A stretch of 64,000 bases of DNA, from NCBI GenBank assembly GCA_026770705.1, contig JANJGN010000041.1, forward strand, positions 5,766,001-5,830,000. Reading direction: 5' to 3'. Positions 60,473-64,000 of the stretch are shown here, in pieces. Positions within the stretch are counted from its first letter, which is position 1; each line of letters starts with the position of its first letter. The translations under genes and the position numbers were made by a program. This stretch comes from Isurus oxyrinchus. Taxonomy: Eukaryota. The notes below the pieces were generated by a model. It searched no databases. It was not told the DNA's origin and saw only the letters and a list, made by a program, of their open reading frames with translations.

Positions 60473-62420
60473 TATTAATTGTATTCCTCATCTATTTGCT
60501 TACTGGATTGCTTTCTCCCTCAAAATAATAAATTGCATTCCTCCACTGTTTGCACAGTGTGTTGCCCTCTCTCTAATTTACTAATCACATTCCTCCTCTA
60601 TTAGCACACTGGTTACCCTCCATTCCATTAATCGCATTCCTCTTCCATTTGAACACTAGGTAGCTCACTCCAAATTATAAATTGCATTCCTGTATTTGAA
60701 CAGTGGGCCTTTCTCTCTCTCTCTAATTTATTAATTGCATTCATTCCCTTTTGGCACACTGTGATGCTCTCTCTACCCTTCTCCAGCTCATTAACAATTT
60801 ACATTACTCCTTTACTCTTGGTTGTTCTCTTTGTCTTTAAATTAATAATTATTTCCATCACTTTGCAAACTAGATTGCTCTCTTTCGAATTTATTAATTT
60901 ATTTGCTTCTCTGATTGGACATTGGGTTTCTTTCTCTCTCAAAAAATTATTAATCACTTTCCTCCTCTTTTTGAACACGGTATTGCTCTCTCCTTCTCGC
61001 ATTTATAAATTTTGCTTCTCCTCTATTTGCAAACTCTTTTGCTCTCTCTCTCCCTTTAATTTATGAACTTCCTTCCTCCTCTATTTGCACAGAAGGTTGC
61101 TCTCTTTCTCTCTCCGTAATTTATTGATTCTTTTCCACCTCTGCTTGTGCATAGAGTTGATCTCTTTCTCTCTTTCTTATTTATTAATTGTATTCCTTCT
61201 AGGCGTGCACATTATGAGGCCCTCTGTCTCACGCGCTCTAATTCAAAAATTACATTCCCCCTCTCATTGCTTACTTTGCTGCTGCCTCTCTCTCTCTAAT
61301 TTATTAACCTATTCCTAATTTTTTGCATACTGGGTGCTGTCTCTGTTATTTATTAATTAAATACAAAGAACAAAGAACAAACAAAAGTACAGCACTTTGA
61401 CAGGTCCTTTGGCCCGCCAAGCCTGCGCTGATCATTTTTCCTGTCAAACAATAATATTTTGCACTTCCAGAGCTCGTATTCCTATATTCGCAACCTACCT
61501 GTGTTTGTCAAGCTGCTTCATAAACACGACTATCATACGAGCTTCCACCACGTCCTCTGGCAGCGAATTCTAGACACTCACTGCCCTCTGAGTAAAAAAC
61601 TTGCCCTTCACATCTTCTCTATAGTTTTCTCCTCACACCTTGAATCTATGCCCCGTAGTAATTGAATCTTCGACCCAGGGACGACGGTTCTGACTATCTA
61701 CTCTGTCCATGCCACTCATAATTTTGTAATCTTCTATCAACTCGCCCCTCAATCTCCGTTGCTCTAGCGAGATCAAACCGAGGTTTTCCAACCTCACATC
61801 TTAGCTAATAACGTCAAGACCAGGCAGCATTCTGGTAAACCTCCGCTGCACCATGCATATGCTGCTGCTAATGTGCAAATCGAGGCGGAATGGTATTAAT
61901 AAAATAGAGAGGGAGGGAGAGAAACCAGTGTGCAAATAGAGGATAAAAGAAATTTAAAAATCCAATCTCCATTGACGCACTGTGTTGCTCTCTCTCTCTA
62001 ATGTATTAATTACACCCCTCCTCTCTTTTTCTGCTGGTTTCCCTCTCTCTGGAATTTATTAATAACACTCCTCCTCTATTGTCAAACTGGTTTGATCTCT
62101 CTCTCTGCTCGGTGATTTAATTATTACATTCGTCCTTAATTTTGAAAAAGGTTTGCTCTCTATCTCTCTCTCTCTAAATGATAATTTACATTCCTCGGGC
62201 ATTTGCACAATGGTTTGGTCCAAGTCTCTCGCTGGTTTAGGAATTTCGTTGCCCCCGTTTATTAACATAATGGGTTCTCCTCTCTCTCTCTCTCTCCCTG
62301 TATTTCTCTAATGATTTTAATGATATCACCCTCTATTTCACACTGGGTTACTGTCTCTGGAATGGATTAATTAAGTTTTTCCACAATTTGCACATTGGGT
62401 TACTCTCTCTATTTTTTATG
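58290..62420. repeat. ~50-bp pyrimidine-rich minisatellite (atttgcacactgggttgctctctctctaatttattaattgcattcctcctct)n
   Basis: Array of about 4 kb with variable (CT)n inside each unit. A short inverted stretch lies at about 61865-61950. Confidence 0.95.
61365..61855 (-). mobile_element. CR1 LINE 3' end inserted in the minisatellite
   Basis: Starts with the tandem tail aaagaacaaagaacaa, followed by reverse CR1 3' UTR/ORF2 sequence (ctcataattttgtaatcttctatcaactcgcccctc). Confidence 0.75.
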
Positions 62421-62454
62421 TATTAGTCATATGATTTAAGAATCATTTTCCAGT

Positions 62455-63142
62455 TAAGCAGTATGGAGATACTGTATCACCACATAGCAGGAAATAATCC
62501 ATATTGGGGAAAACAGATATGCCCCATCCACAATCATTCGGCTTGTCTAAACCCAGCAAGTGTGGGGATGGAGGAACTGATTGAAATATACAAGAGAGGA
62601 ACAAATATTATTCAGGTCGTGGAAAGCATTAAAGATAACCTGACACAGTATCAGACCTGTTCTCCTATGAAATTCCCCTATTACCAGAGCATCTAACCAC
62701 GATTTGAAGACAGAATCAGCAGATATACACTGCAGCAACTAATTTGATACTTACAGACGGGTATTGAGCAAATAGATGCTTCCAGATGGTGGGAGGATTG
62801 GTAGAATTGAGGCTCAAAAGTACAGATACACCCCTTGATTCGGATTATCTCTCATGTTCTAGCCATGCTTTAGCTAATATTAATTGTTTATCTAACATAT
62901 TGAATATAACACACCGGAGGTCACAAAAAAGGTGGTGTTTGGAGTTTGACTAGGTGGAGCAGGAATGTGATAAGCCAGAGGTACGGAATAAAGGACCAGA
63001 TGATACAGATGGTGTGACCAGTACAATTTGAACCCCTTTACTTGTCAGTATCGATGGGCGGTGGTATGTTAAAGAGTAGGGGGATGGACAACCCCACTGT
63101 ATATGGCTGCCTTGGGCTACGCCAACGACCTAAAGGGGGGAC
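62455..63142 (+). mobile_element. 3' internal region of an LTR element or ERV, env-like remnant ending in a polypurine tract
   Basis: The interrupted frame gives a heptad-like stretch (YTLQQLI*YLQTGIEQIDAS), then WWEDW, then a hydrophobic run (HPLIRIISHVLAML). The PPT aaagggggg is at 63132-63140. Confidence 0.5.
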
Positions 63143-63987
63143 TGTTAAGGTGGAAATATAACGATGCATTAGAAATATAAGGATATAGTGATAAGTATAG
63201 GGATGCAGTAAGAATCTATTGAAAGTCTCTGGGATTACTTAAACTACCATGCATGCAAAGCCTGCAATTAACATTTAAAGGTCAGGATGGATACAGGTAG
63301 ACTTGAACCTTGCACACTCTCAGGCCTTGTGATTACCAGCAAAGCTATACTCGATAAGGAAGAATGCAACTGTGATAGATTAGGTGTTCAGGGAACCAGA
63401 CTGGAGCCTTACTTTGCAAAAACAACCAAGATTGGGTTTGCTTGTAGTGATAAGGGAAGAACAGATGCTGATAGTGGAGCTAGGGGAAAGATCGCCAGGG
63501 TGAAAGTAGGGGCAGATGACGCATGTACCTTTGTACCATTTATTACCAGAGATATGACTGTTTCATGTAAGAAATATATGTTCACGATATCGGAATTTGG
63601 AGGGCGTTCTTGTATGTGACAAATAATGTAAAAATGGTCAATTGTAGCATTGCAGAGTACTGTCTCAAGCCGTACTGGGAAGAAGCTCTCTTTGCAATTG
63701 CTCGTAAAGATGATCGTAACCTATACCTGAGACTCCTTTGGTCCGTTCATCAAAGATACCACATCACCCTCCATCGTGTTTTCTGGCACTCTCACCGTGT
63801 TTAATGGTACACATTTCGAATTGTTCTAGCCAGTTAGTATGGACATCGATGAGGCGCTATCAGCTACCAGCAGCAGAATTGTACTCGAACACAATCCATA
63901 GCCTCATGAAAGTTCATATACCACACTCCATGATTGCCATCAAGCCAAGCGATCAACCGTAGTTCAGTGAGGAGTGCAGGATCAGCA
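63143..63987 (+). mobile_element. LTR
   Basis: Starts TGTT two nucleotides after the PPT (aaaggggggac|tgttaagg). A plausible end is ...gatcagCA at 63987, less certain. Confidence 0.65.
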
Positions 63988-64000
63988 CCAGATATACGGG

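Noticed and set aside
58290-62420. ATTTGCAC repeats as immunoglobulin octamer promoters, and hydrophobic ORFs as membrane proteins
   Set aside because: The motif differs from ATTTGCAT and is part of the repeat unit. No V segments or recombination signal sequences were seen.

Overview
Repeat-rich vertebrate DNA, most likely from a shark or other cartilaginous fish. This is inferred from the mix of CR1/L2/RTE LINEs, Deu-domain SINEs, Penelope-type 3' ends and GPR139-like receptor copies. There is no long intact protein-coding gene, and almost all supplied ORFs are chance or repeat-derived. The main discovery is invisible in the ORF track because it is spliced: a minus-strand tandem cluster (about 2.9-16.4 kb, possibly extending to 23 kb) of two-exon beta-defensin-like genes. 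Each has a TATA box, a signal-peptide exon, a phase-1 intron and an exon with C-X5/6-C-X4-C-X10-C-X5-CC spacing. Copy 3 has an open spliced 62-aa ORF and an AATAAA signal, but Cys3 and Cys4 are Arg. Copies 1 and 2 are decayed, and a fourth, more divergent remnant may lie at 22.1 kb. Further along are two disabled GPR139-like class A GPCR genes (40.6-44.6 kb, 53.8-54.7 kb) and an old ~7 kb segmental duplication. Mobile-element remnants include a Gmr1-order (INT before RT) Gypsy, a Harbinger transposase, an internally inverted Penelope and a retrovirus-like env-PPT-LTR end. Several long minisatellites are also present. All translations and alignments were done by eye; repeat boundaries are approximate.
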